IMG/VR virus record: IMGVR_UViG_3300028837_000875 | Location: 24,572-88,571 of that record | Source of the DNA: a virus | Direction: 5' to 3' (one strand) | DNA length: 64,000 bases | Part shown: piece by piece, positions 1 through 10,840 of the stretch | Layout of the letters: every line of letters starts with the position of its first letter | Position numbering within the stretch: position 1 is the first letter of the stretch | Notes under the pieces: model-generated | Told to the model about the DNA's origin: nothing | What the model saw: the letters and a program-made list of their open reading frames with translations, nothing else | Databases searched by the model: none | Made by a program: the position numbers and the translations under genes

Positions 1-270
1 GAAGAGGATTTCAGTATAGATGTGTATGTTGTTTACTGGGATAGAAAAGCAGAAATAGTAGAACGTAAAGTTCTTCGATATACAAAAGCAATAAGAAAAG
101 TTCTTGATGCTCAATCAATCTTTAAGGAAGTAACGCCAAGGCCATCTAATGTAGGAGATTCTGTTGTCTCCATGCTTAATTGGGACCCAACGGATTTTGA
201 AGGAGAAGTTTATTTTAAGTCAGGTTTCGTTAGAGTAAAAATTCGTGACATCTACACTTACGAGGATTAG
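1..270 (+). CDS. 5'-truncated virion protein, probably tail completion/terminator
   Basis: Frame open from position 1; lies upstream of the tail tube gene; call is positional. Confidence 0.4.
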   Translation, partial: EEDFSIDVYVVYWDRKAEIVERKVLRYTKAIRKVLDAQSIFKEVTPRPSNVGDSVVSMLNWDPTDFEGEVYFKSGFVRVKIRDIYTYED

Positions 271-278
271 GAGGAAAA

Positions 279-548
279 GTGGGTAAGATAATTTTTAAAG
301 GTTGTGTTGGTTCCAAAGCTGTTATTGGTGGAACTGTATTGCAACCAGGAGAAGAAATGAATTTGCCAATTGCAGCTATTCCTGAAGGCTGTATCAATTC
401 GAAGGACTATGAGGTCTTTGATGATGCTGGTGAACCAGTAAAATGGAAATCAAAATTAAGTAAACCAAAAGTAGGTGAAGCCAGAATCGGAAGTAAAGAG
501 AAAGGCAAAGAAGAGAACAAGAAAGAGAAGAAAGCTAAGGAAGATTAG
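279..548 (+). CDS. Hypothetical protein with Lys/Glu-rich C-terminus
   Basis: GGAGG SD before GTG; in the structural operon. Confidence 0.5.
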   Translation: MGKIIFKGCVGSKAVIGGTVLQPGEEMNLPIAAIPEGCINSKDYEVFDDAGEPVKWKSKLSKPKVGEARIGSKEKGKEENKKEKKAKED

Positions 549-577
549 GTTAAGAAAGATTGACAGGAGGACAAGGC

Positions 578-1309
578 ATGACGATTCTTAAAGCAGACTT
601 CCTGAAGATAGCGGATTCGATGGCCGCTCAATCTCAGGAGCTTGCGAAAGAGATGGGTACTGGAGTAGAAGCGGGCACGGCTTCACTCGGTGCACAAAAT
701 AACATTGGTATAATTATGAGTCCTCTCGCAGAGGATGTTGTTGAAGATTTACTGGAAGCATTTCGCGACCAGCTCGGAAAAATGACTACGTATCCGAATG
801 CTTATTCAGAACATGAAGTAGGAATGAAGGCACTTAATCGTCACACTGGGGGCATCAATACTTATTTGACAGCACAGGCTGCGCGAGTAGCTCCTGAGTT
901 CAAATGGGCAATTGAAATGCTGGCAATAGAATCTTTAGACCCTGCAAATACTTTCTCGCCTGTTGTAGACCCAATGGATACAGTTGAGATAACTGGTCTT
1001 GACGCTGCAACTTGGGTTGATATTACAGATATTGACTCAGATAATTATTATCAATCGCCTCTTGAATTAGTAAAGACTACTGCGGCTGGAGCAGCGGACC
1101 CAATAAACTTTACAATTCGATATACATTTTTTGATGGAACTACCTCTGACCAAATTACTACAGTTGATGCAAGTGATGCGATTGACACTGTAGATTTGCT
1201 TCCTCAGGAAGCTATCGCTGTCACTTTAGTTTCTGTAACTTGTGGAGCTGGGTCTGCTGGCCAAGCATGGAAAGTTCGTTCAAAACTTGAAAGAGTTGTT
1301 GTTCTTTAA
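578..1309 (+). CDS. Putative virion structural protein
   Basis: AGGAGG SD then ATG 578; acidic, Ala/Thr-rich; adjacent to tail tube gene. Confidence 0.5.
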   Translation: MTILKADFLKIADSMAAQSQELAKEMGTGVEAGTASLGAQNNIGIIMSPLAEDVVEDLLEAFRDQLGKMTTYPNAYSEHEVGMKALNRHTGGINTYLTAQAARVAPEFKWAIEMLAIESLDPANTFSPVVDPMDTVEITGLDAATWVDITDIDSDNYYQSPLELVKTTAAGAADPINFTIRYTFFDGTTSDQITTVDASDAIDTVDLLPQEAIAVTLVSVTCGAGSAGQAWKVRSKLERVVVL

Positions 1310-1335
1310 TCAAACAACTAAGAGGAGAAAGTCGT

Positions 1336-1845
1336 ATGAAAGAGTGCAAGAATATCCTTCATGGCATCGCGTCGGTATTCCTTGACGGAGCCGATATAGG
1401 ATATACCGAAGGCGGTGTTGAAGTTGAAAAAGGAATGGACACATTTGATAAGCTTGTGGACCAGGAGCTTGATGCTTGCGATATAGCAGTCACACAGTAC
1501 ACGATGATTGTGCGCACATCATTAGCTGAGACCACGCTTGAGAATATTAAGAGAGCTTGGAATGAAGCTGCTGTAATTACTACAACTCCAGGCCCGCCAA
1601 AGTATAGAACATTGACGTTTGGAATTCAGCAAGAAATTCCTGAGCATACATTGAAGTTTGTAGGATATTCTCCTGAGAAACTTAATCGTGAATATAATTT
1701 CAGAAGAGCAAAGCAAATTTCATCTTCGGCTCACACACTTCAGAAAGGTGACAAGGTTGTAGTGCCGGTAGAATTTCGCTGCTTGCCAGATTTTACCAAG
1801 CCCCGTGAAGAGCAGTATGGCTGGGTTGACGATTTTGAAAGCTAA
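1336..1845 (+). CDS. Major tail tube protein (siphovirus-type)
   Basis: IGYTEGGVEVE motif and C-terminal VPVEFRCLPD; precedes chaperone and tape measure genes. Confidence 0.75.
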   Translation: MKECKNILHGIASVFLDGADIGYTEGGVEVEKGMDTFDKLVDQELDACDIAVTQYTMIVRTSLAETTLENIKRAWNEAAVITTTPGPPKYRTLTFGIQQEIPEHTLKFVGYSPEKLNREYNFRRAKQISSSAHTLQKGDKVVVPVEFRCLPDFTKPREEQYGWVDDFES

Positions 1846-1873
1846 ATAGCTGACTTGCTTTAGGAGGTAAGAG

Positions 1874-2398
1874 ATGTCAGTAGAGGGTGTAGGTACCGAT
1901 AAAGAAGTTAATGCTGATAAAGCGGAAGAAATAAAAGAAAAGGTATTGGAAGTCAAAGACGCTTTTTCAGACATTGAAGTTCTTGCAGGACCTTGTAGGG
2001 AATACACCATCGGTGATAAGAAGTTTTCACAGAAGCCTCTCGTTATGCGTGATTTCGGGAGGCTGTTTGAACATCTTATCGAGATGCTAAGCATAGCTGT
2101 AGCAGTGAATCCTGATTTATTAAAGTCAGGAAAATTTGAAGTTGATACGGATAATCTTTCGCCAGCCTTTTTAATTGGAATGGCTCAAGGCAGTAAAGAA
2201 ATGATGGAGAAAGTATATGACATCATTACTTTGTTGCTAAATGCTGATAGAGATTTCCTGCTTGATAATCTGAACATTTCTCAATTCACTCGAATTTTGG
2301 CTGATGTAATAGAGCTTAATGACTTAAGGGAAATTATCGCAAATTTTTCAAGGATGGGACGTCAGGTACGGGAATATCTTCAGAAGAGCAAGACATAA
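1874..2398 (+). CDS. Tail assembly chaperone (gpG-like)
   Basis: Between tail tube and tape measure; in-frame slippery heptamer A AAT TTT at 2341-2347. Confidence 0.75.
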   Translation: MSVEGVGTDKEVNADKAEEIKEKVLEVKDAFSDIEVLAGPCREYTIGDKKFSQKPLVMRDFGRLFEHLIEMLSIAVAVNPDLLKSGKFEVDTDNLSPAFLIGMAQGSKEMMEKVYDIITLLLNADRDFLLDNLNISQFTRILADVIELNDLREIIANFSRMGRQVREYLQKSKT

Positions 2399-2673
2399 CT
2401 TGGGGTTCCATTTTTGAATTTTTTGCAGCGTGCTATACGTGGAAAAAAGAATATATCCTCGATAGCATGACGTTCCCACAAGTGAAGCTTTACTTAAATC
2501 GCAATCTTGCAAGGCGAGAAATGGAAGCCAAAGAAATAGAAAAAATTACAAATGTGACTGGAGCAATGTTTGATAGCAATAGAAGTAAGGAAGTTACTCC
2601 AATGACTAATGCTGATTTGCCTTCTTTTGGTCTTGGACTTAGGAAGAAAAAGAAAGAATCAGAGGCAGAATAA
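2347..2673 (+). CDS. Tail assembly chaperone -1 frameshift extension (gpGT-like)
   Basis: -1 frame is open from the slippery site to TAA 2673: FKDGTSG...WGSIFEFFAACYTWKKEYILDSMTFPQ. Confidence 0.7.
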   Translation, partial: FKDGTSGTGISSEEQDITWGSIFEFFAACYTWKKEYILDSMTFPQVKLYLNRNLARREMEAKEIEKITNVTGAMFDSNRSKEVTPMTNADLPSFGLGLRKKKKESEAE

Positions 2674-5600
2674 ATGGCGTTACTCAGCATAGGACTTGGC
2701 GTTATCACTGCTCCTTTTACTGCTGGCCTTGGATTAGCAGGCACCGCTGTCAAAGGATTTACGAGTATTCTTAGCGGTGCTTACGGTCTACTCAAAAGCT
2801 TCTGGATGAAAATCAAAAAGTGGGCGCTAATCGCAACAGCAGCACTTGCTGGTACAATTTATATGGCCGCCAAATTCCAGAAGCAAATGGCGTTTGTTGC
2901 TACAATGGTGAAGGACACAGACAAGTGGATGGGCAAATTTACTGAAAGCGTCAAACAAATGTCTGTTGCTTTCGGTCAATCTACGAACGGCATGACTCAA
3001 GCTCTCTATGATATTCTTTCTGCAAGCGTTCCTCCACAAAAAGCATTGAAGATGTTGGAGACAGCGGCAAAGGCCGCTGTTGCTGGTTTTACTGATGTAG
3101 AGCAAGTAGGAAAAACTCTAACTTCAGTGATGAATGGAATGGGTATTTCTTTCGAGCAGTCTGGAAAAGTTGCAGACGTGATGTTCAGAATTGTAGAGAA
3201 AGGACAATTAACATTTAATCAACTTCAAGGAAACATGGCTCGTGCCATGGTTGCTGCTCGTGCTGCACGAGTTCCATTTGAACAGCTTGCTGCTTCTTAT
3301 GCCTTCTTGACTCGTAAAGGTTTTAGTGTTGCAATGGCTGAGACAGCTATTGCAAGAGCACTTACATCTACGCTTACTCCAAGAAAAGAAGCGAGAAAAG
3401 CGGCTGAAAAATACGGAGTTGAACTTGGTGAAACTGCGCTTGCTACAAAAGGTTTGTTAGGAGTTATAAAGGATTTAGCAAAAGCAGGATTGACTGAAGC
3501 TCAACTTCAAGAATTGTTCCCAGCAATCAGGGCACGTAATGCTATCAGTGCAATGATAAAAGATGTAAAGGGATTTGAAGGCGACGTCATTGCTATGTAT
3601 CAGGCAGGAGGAGCACAGGGCAGGGCTTTCGCAAAAGCAACAGAAACGCTTGCGTTCCAATTTTCTAAATTCATTCAAGGCATGAAAGTATTCTTGATTG
3701 ACTTAGTCACTCCAATGTTGCCAGCTCTGCAAAAGCTATTCAAGCGACTTTCAATGATTGCAGAATACTTAAGGACAACTTTTGCGGTAGATATTGCTGG
3801 AGATATGGCCGCGCTTGCAGACAACATTGTTAAGAAAATAGAGAGTGTAATTTTTTGGATTATGCAAGAAGTTCCTTATATCTTCCAGAAGATTTGGGGC
3901 TATCTTAAGTTTACTATGAAAATCATTTCTACTGTTCTTGATGTTGGAATTCTCAAGACACTGGTTGGAGCTTATTGGACTTATCTTACAAATTTCTTTG
4001 AGAATATAATCAGAGTTGTAACTGGATTAGCTCGGGCAGTTGGCGAAAGACTTTATCAAATAGCTCGTAAAACCTGGTGGGAAATAAAAAGTTTTATTAC
4101 TGGTGAAGCGATTCCGGATTACATAAATGAATTTACTGGTATGCTTGATTACATAGAACTCCAATTGACTAACAGGATGCCAGATGCATTCAAAGAAGGA
4201 TGGCAAAAGGCAAGTAAATGGTATGAGGATTATACAAAAGGAATTGATGCTAAATATGAAGCACGAGCTAAAAAGCTTGCGGCGTTACGAGATAAGATGA
4301 ATCAAGAAGAACTCAAAGGCGCACAAGACAATGCTGAATCTGCAAGCAAGATAGACCATGCTTTTGAAAACGAGAAAATGAATGTAGCAAAAAAAGCTAT
4401 TAAGGAAATAATAGAGGAAGAGGAAAAGAAGATAGCACATCTTAAAGCTCTCGGTCAGCTTTCTTTGGATGAGGAAATCAAACGCTATAAGAAACTTCTT
4501 TCTATTGCAAAAGCTGATACAGAAGAAAGAATGAAGCTTGAACAGAAAGTATATGAGCTTGAGAAATCATTACGAGAAAGAAGGAAGAGCGAGGCTTTTG
4601 AGCACTTTGGTTATATGGAAAAAACTGAACGTGAAGTAACTCAAGCTAAGGTAGGTTATCTTGAAAAGTTTCTCAAGGAAGAAAAAGGAAGTTATCAAGA
4701 AAGACGAGCGGCTGCAATAGAACTATTCAAGCTACGTCAAGAGTTGCGCAAGATGGATATGGAAGAACAAAAGAAACTCAATGAATTTTATATGGATGAA
4801 GATTGGAAGCGACTCAAAGCTCAAGAAGAGATACTTAAGAAACGCAAGTTCATGTTTGCTCGTGATAAATTTGCACATCAGAAAATAGATGCAGCATTGC
4901 AAAAAAATCTAAGAAGGCAAGCTGAACAAAGAGCAGAGTTTATCCGCAAGCTTACAGTTAAGCAGACAAAGACTTGGGACCTTGAAGGACTTAGAAGGCT
5001 CAAGATTGCAGAGCGTCACGCAGAGGAAGCAGTAAAGAAGGACAAGCTCTCGGCAAAAGAGAAGGCAGCTTATGAGAAAGAGCTTGAGAAAATACGAGAG
5101 CAGATAACACAAGCTCGTGGCGACGTGATGAAAAAAGAGGGAATGAAAACTGAGGACCTGTTAAAGAAAGAACAAGAGTGGCATAAGGCACTTGAAAAAG
5201 AAATAGCAAAAGCAACTGGCAAGAGAGTAGACGAAGTTGCAGATAAAGAAAAATCAACACAAGAAAAACGAGTCCAGCAGGCAGAAGAGACAAAGCAGAA
5301 AGTTGGAGAGATAGGAGACAAAGCAAAAGGAAAGATAAAAGAAATCTCAGAAGCTATGCAAGATTCTATGACAAGTGCAATCAAAGCAATACTTGAAGCA
5401 TTGAAAAAACTTGAACAACAATTGATAGCTATCTTCGATAGAATCAGACAGATATGTGCAGCGGCTCAATGTGGCGGTGCTTTGCCGGTACCAGGCTTCG
5501 GCAAGGCGGCCGCTGGCAGATTGCTCAATGGAAAGAGAGCAGGAGCAGGGACGGCTATTACTAAGCGAGACGTTAAAGTGGGACCAATATACATTGGCAA

Positions 5601-5694
5601 GATTGATTCAATGGTTGATGTTATTCGAGCCGGCGAGAAGATAGGCGAAGAACTTGCAAGCTCGGCAGGAAGAGATTTCAGGGCAGTGCTATAA
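2674..5694 (+). CDS. Tail tape measure protein
   Basis: 1006 aa helical protein; TP901-type core (AFVATMV...ALYDILSA...AAKAAVAGFTD); long charged coiled-coil C-half; position after chaperones. Confidence 0.9.
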   Translation: MALLSIGLGVITAPFTAGLGLAGTAVKGFTSILSGAYGLLKSFWMKIKKWALIATAALAGTIYMAAKFQKQMAFVATMVKDTDKWMGKFTESVKQMSVAFGQSTNGMTQALYDILSASVPPQKALKMLETAAKAAVAGFTDVEQVGKTLTSVMNGMGISFEQSGKVADVMFRIVEKGQLTFNQLQGNMARAMVAARAARVPFEQLAASYAFLTRKGFSVAMAETAIARALTSTLTPRKEARKAAEKYGVELGETALATKGLLGVIKDLAKAGLTEAQLQELFPAIRARNAISAMIKDVKGFEGDVIAMYQAGGAQGRAFAKATETLAFQFSKFIQGMKVFLIDLVTPMLPALQKLFKRLSMIAEYLRTTFAVDIAGDMAALADNIVKKIESVIFWIMQEVPYIFQKIWGYLKFTMKIISTVLDVGILKTLVGAYWTYLTNFFENIIRVVTGLARAVGERLYQIARKTWWEIKSFITGEAIPDYINEFTGMLDYIELQLTNRMPDAFKEGWQKASKWYEDYTKGIDAKYEARAKKLAALRDKMNQEELKGAQDNAESASKIDHAFENEKMNVAKKAIKEIIEEEEKKIAHLKALGQLSLDEEIKRYKKLLSIAKADTEERMKLEQKVYELEKSLRERRKSEAFEHFGYMEKTEREVTQAKVGYLEKFLKEEKGSYQERRAAAIELFKLRQELRKMDMEEQKKLNEFYMDEDWKRLKAQEEILKKRKFMFARDKFAHQKIDAALQKNLRRQAEQRAEFIRKLTVKQTKTWDLEGLRRLKIAERHAEEAVKKDKLSAKEKAAYEKELEKIREQITQARGDVMKKEGMKTEDLLKKEQEWHKALEKEIAKATGKRVDEVADKEKSTQEKRVQQAEETKQKVGEIGDKAKGKIKEISEAMQDSMTSAIKAILEALKKLEQQLIAIFDRIRQICAAAQCGGALPVPGFGKAAAGRLLNGKRAGAGTAITKRDVKVGPIYIGKIDSMVDVIRAGEKIGEELASSAGRDFRAVL

Positions 5695-7566
5695 ATGGGA
5701 ACACATAGACAATTTGAAGGTGGAGGGGACCCACCGCAAAAGCCGATACCTCTTCCTCCAAAGGGAGGCAGAATCGGTGACTCTTGCGATGGCACAAGTA
5801 AACTTGCTCTTCAATTTATACTCACGCCATCACTGACGCCATCAGGTCCATTTGACTGGGAAGGCAAAAGTCTGGACCAGGAAATTCTTAATAGAATGGT
5901 TCCAGGCTTCACCGTCACTGCATATACTTTTAATGTTTGGGAAGGTAGACCAGTTCTTGCAAATAGAATGAGTCCAGAAGATTTCAGAGAAGCAACAGAG
6001 AATCCACCTAAAGGTATAGATGAAACGCCTAACAAACCAAGAACAACTGGAACCGATAAAGATGAAGAATGGAAAAAGAATCCGCGTACAGTTCCATCTG
6101 ACCCAGTTAGAAAATTGCAGAAGAGAGAAGAATACGAAGTAAAGAAAGTCAAGCAGATGCCTGACGGACCGAACAAAATAAAGCTTGAAGTAGAAGCTCA
6201 AAACAAGAAAGAAAAACTGCTTGAGAAAAAGATAAACAAACGCTTTGGGCCAGAATATGGAACGCCAAAAGTCAGCGATGTGGTTAAGTACGTTGCAGAG
6301 CAATGTGGCTTTAGTGATGCCCGTGTAGATGAAGTTGATATTGTTATGCCTACGTTTGACTGCCGTGAATATTACGCAAGAGAAGTTCTTGATATTTGCT
6401 CGAAGATTTCAGGAGGAGCATATACAATCCTTGAAAATACACTTCATTTCTTTACGCCTGGCTCAAGGCCAAATCCAGTTCCTGCAACTACTGACCCTAA
6501 CAAAAAGAATTGGGGCACTACTGTAAGAGATGATGATGTAATACCAAACGGAATCAGAAAAGGGACTCTTGAGGTTGAAAAGAACTCAGAGAATTTAGTC
6601 AACAAAGTGCAAGAAGCAAATTCAGGAGAGAAAGCAAAGCGCAAAGAAAAGTTAGTCGGTGATGGACAAAAGGATGAATTGCATTGCTCTTATGAGCCGG
6701 AAGAAACGTTTGTATTCACGATGCATTCTGATGGCGAAGGCGAGTCTCTTCCGCGCTTCATTAGACAGGACTGGGGTGATAGAGAAATTGTTCAGCACTA
6801 TCTTGATGCTGGAGTTGCTTACCCTTCTCCTGATTATGAAGGAGCAGTAGAGCCATCGAGTATTTGGGGCGTTTATGTAAATACAAAAGAGAAGGCAATT
6901 CGTCTTGTCTACGCCGATACAGGCCAACCATTTGTCATGCCAGATAACTCTTTGAACCCAGATTACTTTCTTGAGTTTGAATATTATTATCGAGCACCAG
7001 TATTCAGAATTCTCAGTGCTGATGCTTCTGTTGGAAGATGGGGCGAAAGAGAAACAATAATCGTATCTCCTGAGCGTCAGTATGATGAGCTTTATAGACG
7101 CCTTGCGGAAGCTGAACTTGCAGACTGGTGTGAACCAGTAACACAAGTGCGCTGTGAAGTATTTGATGACGTGTATCAGGTAGGAGATACGGTCAGATTC
7201 ATAGCTCCTGAAATCGGACTTGATAAAGAGTTTACTATCTTTGAGATAACAAGAGACTTCGATGCAGAAGTAAGACAGCATTATCCTCAAAAAGATTATG
7301 GTCAATCAGTACAAATCAAAGCAGGAAATAAGCTGCCGCGTGAACTTAGACATATACTTGCTTTTCTGAACAGGAATATCAATAATCTGAATAGAGCTTT
7401 TAATCTATCTGACTTGAATTCTGAATCTGGTAGTTCAGTACCCGTTCAATGGGAAAGATATTATCCAGAAGGAATTGAAGTAAGAGAAACTGTCACATGT
7501 GAACTTGGAGTTATGCCATTGGATAGAAAAGGCGGACGCATAGGACATACGCGGATACAAAGTTAA
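5695..7566 (+). CDS. Tail tip/baseplate hub-like protein
   Basis: Directly after tape measure; C-terminal YQVGDTVRFIAPEIGLDKEFTIFEITR resembles hub proteins. Confidence 0.6.
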   Translation: MGTHRQFEGGGDPPQKPIPLPPKGGRIGDSCDGTSKLALQFILTPSLTPSGPFDWEGKSLDQEILNRMVPGFTVTAYTFNVWEGRPVLANRMSPEDFREATENPPKGIDETPNKPRTTGTDKDEEWKKNPRTVPSDPVRKLQKREEYEVKKVKQMPDGPNKIKLEVEAQNKKEKLLEKKINKRFGPEYGTPKVSDVVKYVAEQCGFSDARVDEVDIVMPTFDCREYYAREVLDICSKISGGAYTILENTLHFFTPGSRPNPVPATTDPNKKNWGTTVRDDDVIPNGIRKGTLEVEKNSENLVNKVQEANSGEKAKRKEKLVGDGQKDELHCSYEPEETFVFTMHSDGEGESLPRFIRQDWGDREIVQHYLDAGVAYPSPDYEGAVEPSSIWGVYVNTKEKAIRLVYADTGQPFVMPDNSLNPDYFLEFEYYYRAPVFRILSADASVGRWGERETIIVSPERQYDELYRRLAEAELADWCEPVTQVRCEVFDDVYQVGDTVRFIAPEIGLDKEFTIFEITRDFDAEVRQHYPQKDYGQSVQIKAGNKLPRELRHILAFLNRNINNLNRAFNLSDLNSESGSSVPVQWERYYPEGIEVRETVTCELGVMPLDRKGGRIGHTRIQS

Positions 7567-7578
7567 GCTGAGGAAATA

Positions 7579-8100
7579 ATGGAACTTGAAATAAAAGGCC
7601 GAGCAGAAATAACCTTGCTGAGAGATGGCAAGATTATAGAAATCAGACGGATTGATAACCTCATAACAAATAACGGACTCAATACTATTGCCAAAGCTAT
7701 CCTTGCTGCGGGCGGATATGCAGGTGCATTAGGTGTTCCATATATTGCGGTAGGAGATAATGATGGCGTACCACTTGTTCCTGCACCTTCACCAACTGAT
7801 ACTGTGCTTGCTCACGAGTTACCAGATATTGATGTTCCAAGAAAACAAGTGCAAGCTTTGGGCGGCTTAAATCTGGAAAACAATGTAGCAATCTTTGAAG
7901 TTATATTTATGCCAGATGAAGCTAATCACGCAGTAGGAAAGCAGCTTGTAGACGCTGGGCTTTTTTGGGACGGAGCTACAGTGTTGAGGAATACTGGAGT
8001 TCTTGTTTCAAGAGTTTTGATTCTACCGCCTATGACTAAAAGTCCTGTGTTTAATACTCTGAGAATTAAATGGACGTATGAAATAAATCGCAAAGAATAG
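7579..8100 (+). CDS. Tail/baseplate structural protein
   Basis: DNLITNNGLN...YIAVGD...PTDTVLAHE pattern of tail-fibre/collar N-terminal domains. Confidence 0.55.
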   Translation: MELEIKGRAEITLLRDGKIIEIRRIDNLITNNGLNTIAKAILAAGGYAGALGVPYIAVGDNDGVPLVPAPSPTDTVLAHELPDIDVPRKQVQALGGLNLENNVAIFEVIFMPDEANHAVGKQLVDAGLFWDGATVLRNTGVLVSRVLILPPMTKSPVFNTLRIKWTYEINRKE

Positions 8101-8112
8101 AAAGGTTAAAGA

Positions 8113-9810
8113 ATGTCTAATCCAGATGTACCGAGAACAAAAGACTGGGAACCGTGGGGTCCTGATGACCTTATATCAGAATGGAGAGAGAACGGGGTTG
8201 ATGAAGAGGTTCTAAACAACGTGGTTCAAGGACTTCAGTTCCGTCCTAACGGCAATGGATTGCTCGGGCATAGAATCACCCCAGGCATAGCGTACATAGA
8301 CGGCTATCGTGTCAAATATGATATAGATGAAGTATTTGATTTTGTAGCTTCGACTTATTATACTTTCTGGGCTATCTTGAAGTTTACTGCTGACCCTTCA
8401 GGAGGAGTGTCAGATGCTTGGATTGAGATTAGAGTTCAGAGTAATGCCGGTAGTATTTATGACGGAGACCCACCTACGTTCCCAAAAATACTTCTTGGTT
8501 ACATTGTTGTTGGCGGTGCTGGTCCGTTTCTTACAGCAGGTTCGGTAATTTGGAAAGATAACTTAGCCATGTCTCCTGAAGAAATTGACGGCAATTCTGT
8601 ATCGCTTCTTAACATGTGGTTTTGGGATAGAACGCCAATAGCTCCTGGAGGTGTAGGAACATTTCTTTCTACTGTTTGGAGTCCTCAGTTCTATTATAAA
8701 ATGAGCGAGGGAATAACTGCTTCTTTGAAGAGCGAGACATCCGCGTTGGATGTAATAAATCCTAAAGCAGTGCTGCCGTTTGTTAGACCTGTTAGAGCCA
8801 GAAGAGGAAAAGGTCAATTGTTTGATGCATATATGGGTGGAGTCAATTCATATCGTTTCTCAACTAATCCTACATATATTAAAGCGGAAGGCTTGCTTCC
8901 ACTTTATTATACTTACTTTTTCTCAATTTGGGCTTATCCATTCCGTGATGATGTTGATATGTTTTTGCTCTTCAAGGACCAGGACTTTTATCTCAAATGG
9001 AATGCAGCTTCAAAGAAACTTGAGTTTTATATAGGAAACGGGGCAGGAGGATTCACTCGCTTTGTTGAGTCTCTTGCAATCACTTCTTTCAAAAATACTT
9101 GGTTCCATATTTCTTTTGGCTTCAATAATGCTACTAACAAGCATTGGATTGTAGTAAACGATGGAGCAATTCAAATAGAAATTGGAACTGGTGCAAGAGG
9201 AGTTGCGGCAACTGATTTTTATATGGGCAACAATGATACGCCTGATACTCCATTTTATGGTATTCTTGATGAGTTTTGCAAGTTTACTGTTAATGATTTT
9301 TATCACAGATTGTTTATACACGAGCTTTATAATCATGGAGTAGGGTTGAGATATATAAGTGAGGGAGAAGGAAATCGAAAATCACTTATCCAATTTGCAA
9401 CGTATATGAATGCTCCAATAGCAATCGGAGCTAATGCCGGAATTGTTGCACCATTCAACACTGGGGAAGCTGACCCATATGCTTGGATAAACAAATATTA
9501 CAATGCAGCTTTGTATAGATTCAACGTACCCAGAGCAGGAATATTTGAAGTCCATGCAAGAGTAACTCTGGATAACCCGATAGCTGGAGGTCATTATTAT
9601 ATTGCTACTCGTACAAACATCGGATTAGATGATTCAGCGGATTTTCATGCAGTTGATGCGGATGATTTGACGTTACAAATAACAGCAGTAATTTCGTTTC
9701 TTGCAGCGGCTGATTTTATTGAAGTTTATGTTTACAATGATACTGGTGTTATTGTGAATCTTAAAGGCGGGGCAAGCAACTCGTCATTTATCATAGAACA
9801 GATGGCTTAA
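8113..9810 (+). CDS. Tail fibre/receptor-binding protein with LamG/ConA-like domain and C1q/TNF-like C-terminus
   Basis: ITPGIAYIDGY anchor; NTWFHI...FYMG...FYGILDEF LamG motif; YRFNVPRAGIFEV C1q-like motif. Confidence 0.65.
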   Translation: MSNPDVPRTKDWEPWGPDDLISEWRENGVDEEVLNNVVQGLQFRPNGNGLLGHRITPGIAYIDGYRVKYDIDEVFDFVASTYYTFWAILKFTADPSGGVSDAWIEIRVQSNAGSIYDGDPPTFPKILLGYIVVGGAGPFLTAGSVIWKDNLAMSPEEIDGNSVSLLNMWFWDRTPIAPGGVGTFLSTVWSPQFYYKMSEGITASLKSETSALDVINPKAVLPFVRPVRARRGKGQLFDAYMGGVNSYRFSTNPTYIKAEGLLPLYYTYFFSIWAYPFRDDVDMFLLFKDQDFYLKWNAASKKLEFYIGNGAGGFTRFVESLAITSFKNTWFHISFGFNNATNKHWIVVNDGAIQIEIGTGARGVAATDFYMGNNDTPDTPFYGILDEFCKFTVNDFYHRLFIHELYNHGVGLRYISEGEGNRKSLIQFATYMNAPIAIGANAGIVAPFNTGEADPYAWINKYYNAALYRFNVPRAGIFEVHARVTLDNPIAGGHYYIATRTNIGLDDSADFHAVDADDLTLQITAVISFLAAADFIEVYVYNDTGVIVNLKGGASNSSFIIEQMA

Positions 9811-9829
9811 CTTTTCAAAGGAGAAAAAA

Positions 9830-10207
9830 ATGGGACAAGAGAAAGGCTTATACGGCAAGCAAAAATGGTGGAATGAAAAGCCGCTCATACTGCACGGAGC
9901 CGCAGCGGAGCCGAATCAGAATCCAATGGTATTTCCTGAAGGCGAATTCATGCGTGTCGTCGGAGAGATAAAAGGAAATCTTGTTGGATGCGTAGGCAAT
10001 TTTACAATCACGATTAAAGGCAAGCTTTACGGCGAGGAAGTTGTGATTGATACGCTCGTAGTTGTTGCTGCTGGCCTCGCTAAAGTTCTTGGAACTAAGC
10101 TTGTAGATATTCGCGGCTTCGATGAAATAACTGGTTCAGTAGTTTATGTGGATGGAGCTGGCCTTGGCGTCACGTATCAAGTTTATGTTGGAGTTCCTTA
10201 CAAATAA
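9830..10207 (+). CDS. Putative virion accessory protein
   Basis: SD and ATG; beta-rich; in tail operon. Confidence 0.45.
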   Translation: MGQEKGLYGKQKWWNEKPLILHGAAAEPNQNPMVFPEGEFMRVVGEIKGNLVGCVGNFTITIKGKLYGEEVVIDTLVVVAAGLAKVLGTKLVDIRGFDEITGSVVYVDGAGLGVTYQVYVGVPYK

Positions 10208-10222
10208 GTAGAGTGAAACAGA

Positions 10223-10822
10223 ATGGGTTGGCCAGAACTTATTCCAGAAAATTTACGAACCGTCCTCGACACATTGATGTACGAGGCTAATTCTAATACG
10301 CTTAGACTTACAGTATATCCTTCCAGTGATACAGTTAATTGGTCTCCTCCTCCTCTTGTGTATGTTCCTAATTCTTCAATGCAAGCTTTTGATTTTGGAA
10401 CAGTAGGAAAGAATGAAGGAATGTCAGGTCATTGTCAAATTTTTGATTATGACTTTCCTTTTGATAACAAATCAGCATACGGCTTAGGATTTAGAATCAA
10501 GTACTCCGCTGAAGGTGATGTTGCAGTAGACCAAAATGCTTATATAGATTTGGAATATAAAGTTATAAATCATTTGGGTGATAAGTCAACAGATATTATT
10601 ACAGCTGCGGATTTTCTGATTCCAGTTCCGACAGGTTCTGTTGAGCAGACTGAGAGATATTTAGATTATGGGTTTATACCCAGCACAGAGCTTTCGGTAG
10701 GAGCCATGGTTATAATGAAAATCTTTGGCAGAGATGCTACGCACGTAGATGATACTCTGGCAAGTCGTCTATTGATTGAAGAAATAATACCAAAGTTAAT
10801 GGACGTAGTTATTCCACCATAA
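10223..10822 (+). CDS. Putative virion accessory protein
   Basis: 199 aa acidic beta-rich ORF in tail operon. Confidence 0.45.
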   Translation: MGWPELIPENLRTVLDTLMYEANSNTLRLTVYPSSDTVNWSPPPLVYVPNSSMQAFDFGTVGKNEGMSGHCQIFDYDFPFDNKSAYGLGFRIKYSAEGDVAVDQNAYIDLEYKVINHLGDKSTDIITAADFLIPVPTGSVEQTERYLDYGFIPSTELSVGAMVIMKIFGRDATHVDDTLASRLLIEEIIPKLMDVVIPP

Positions 10823-10840
10823 TATTGGAGGTAAATAAAA

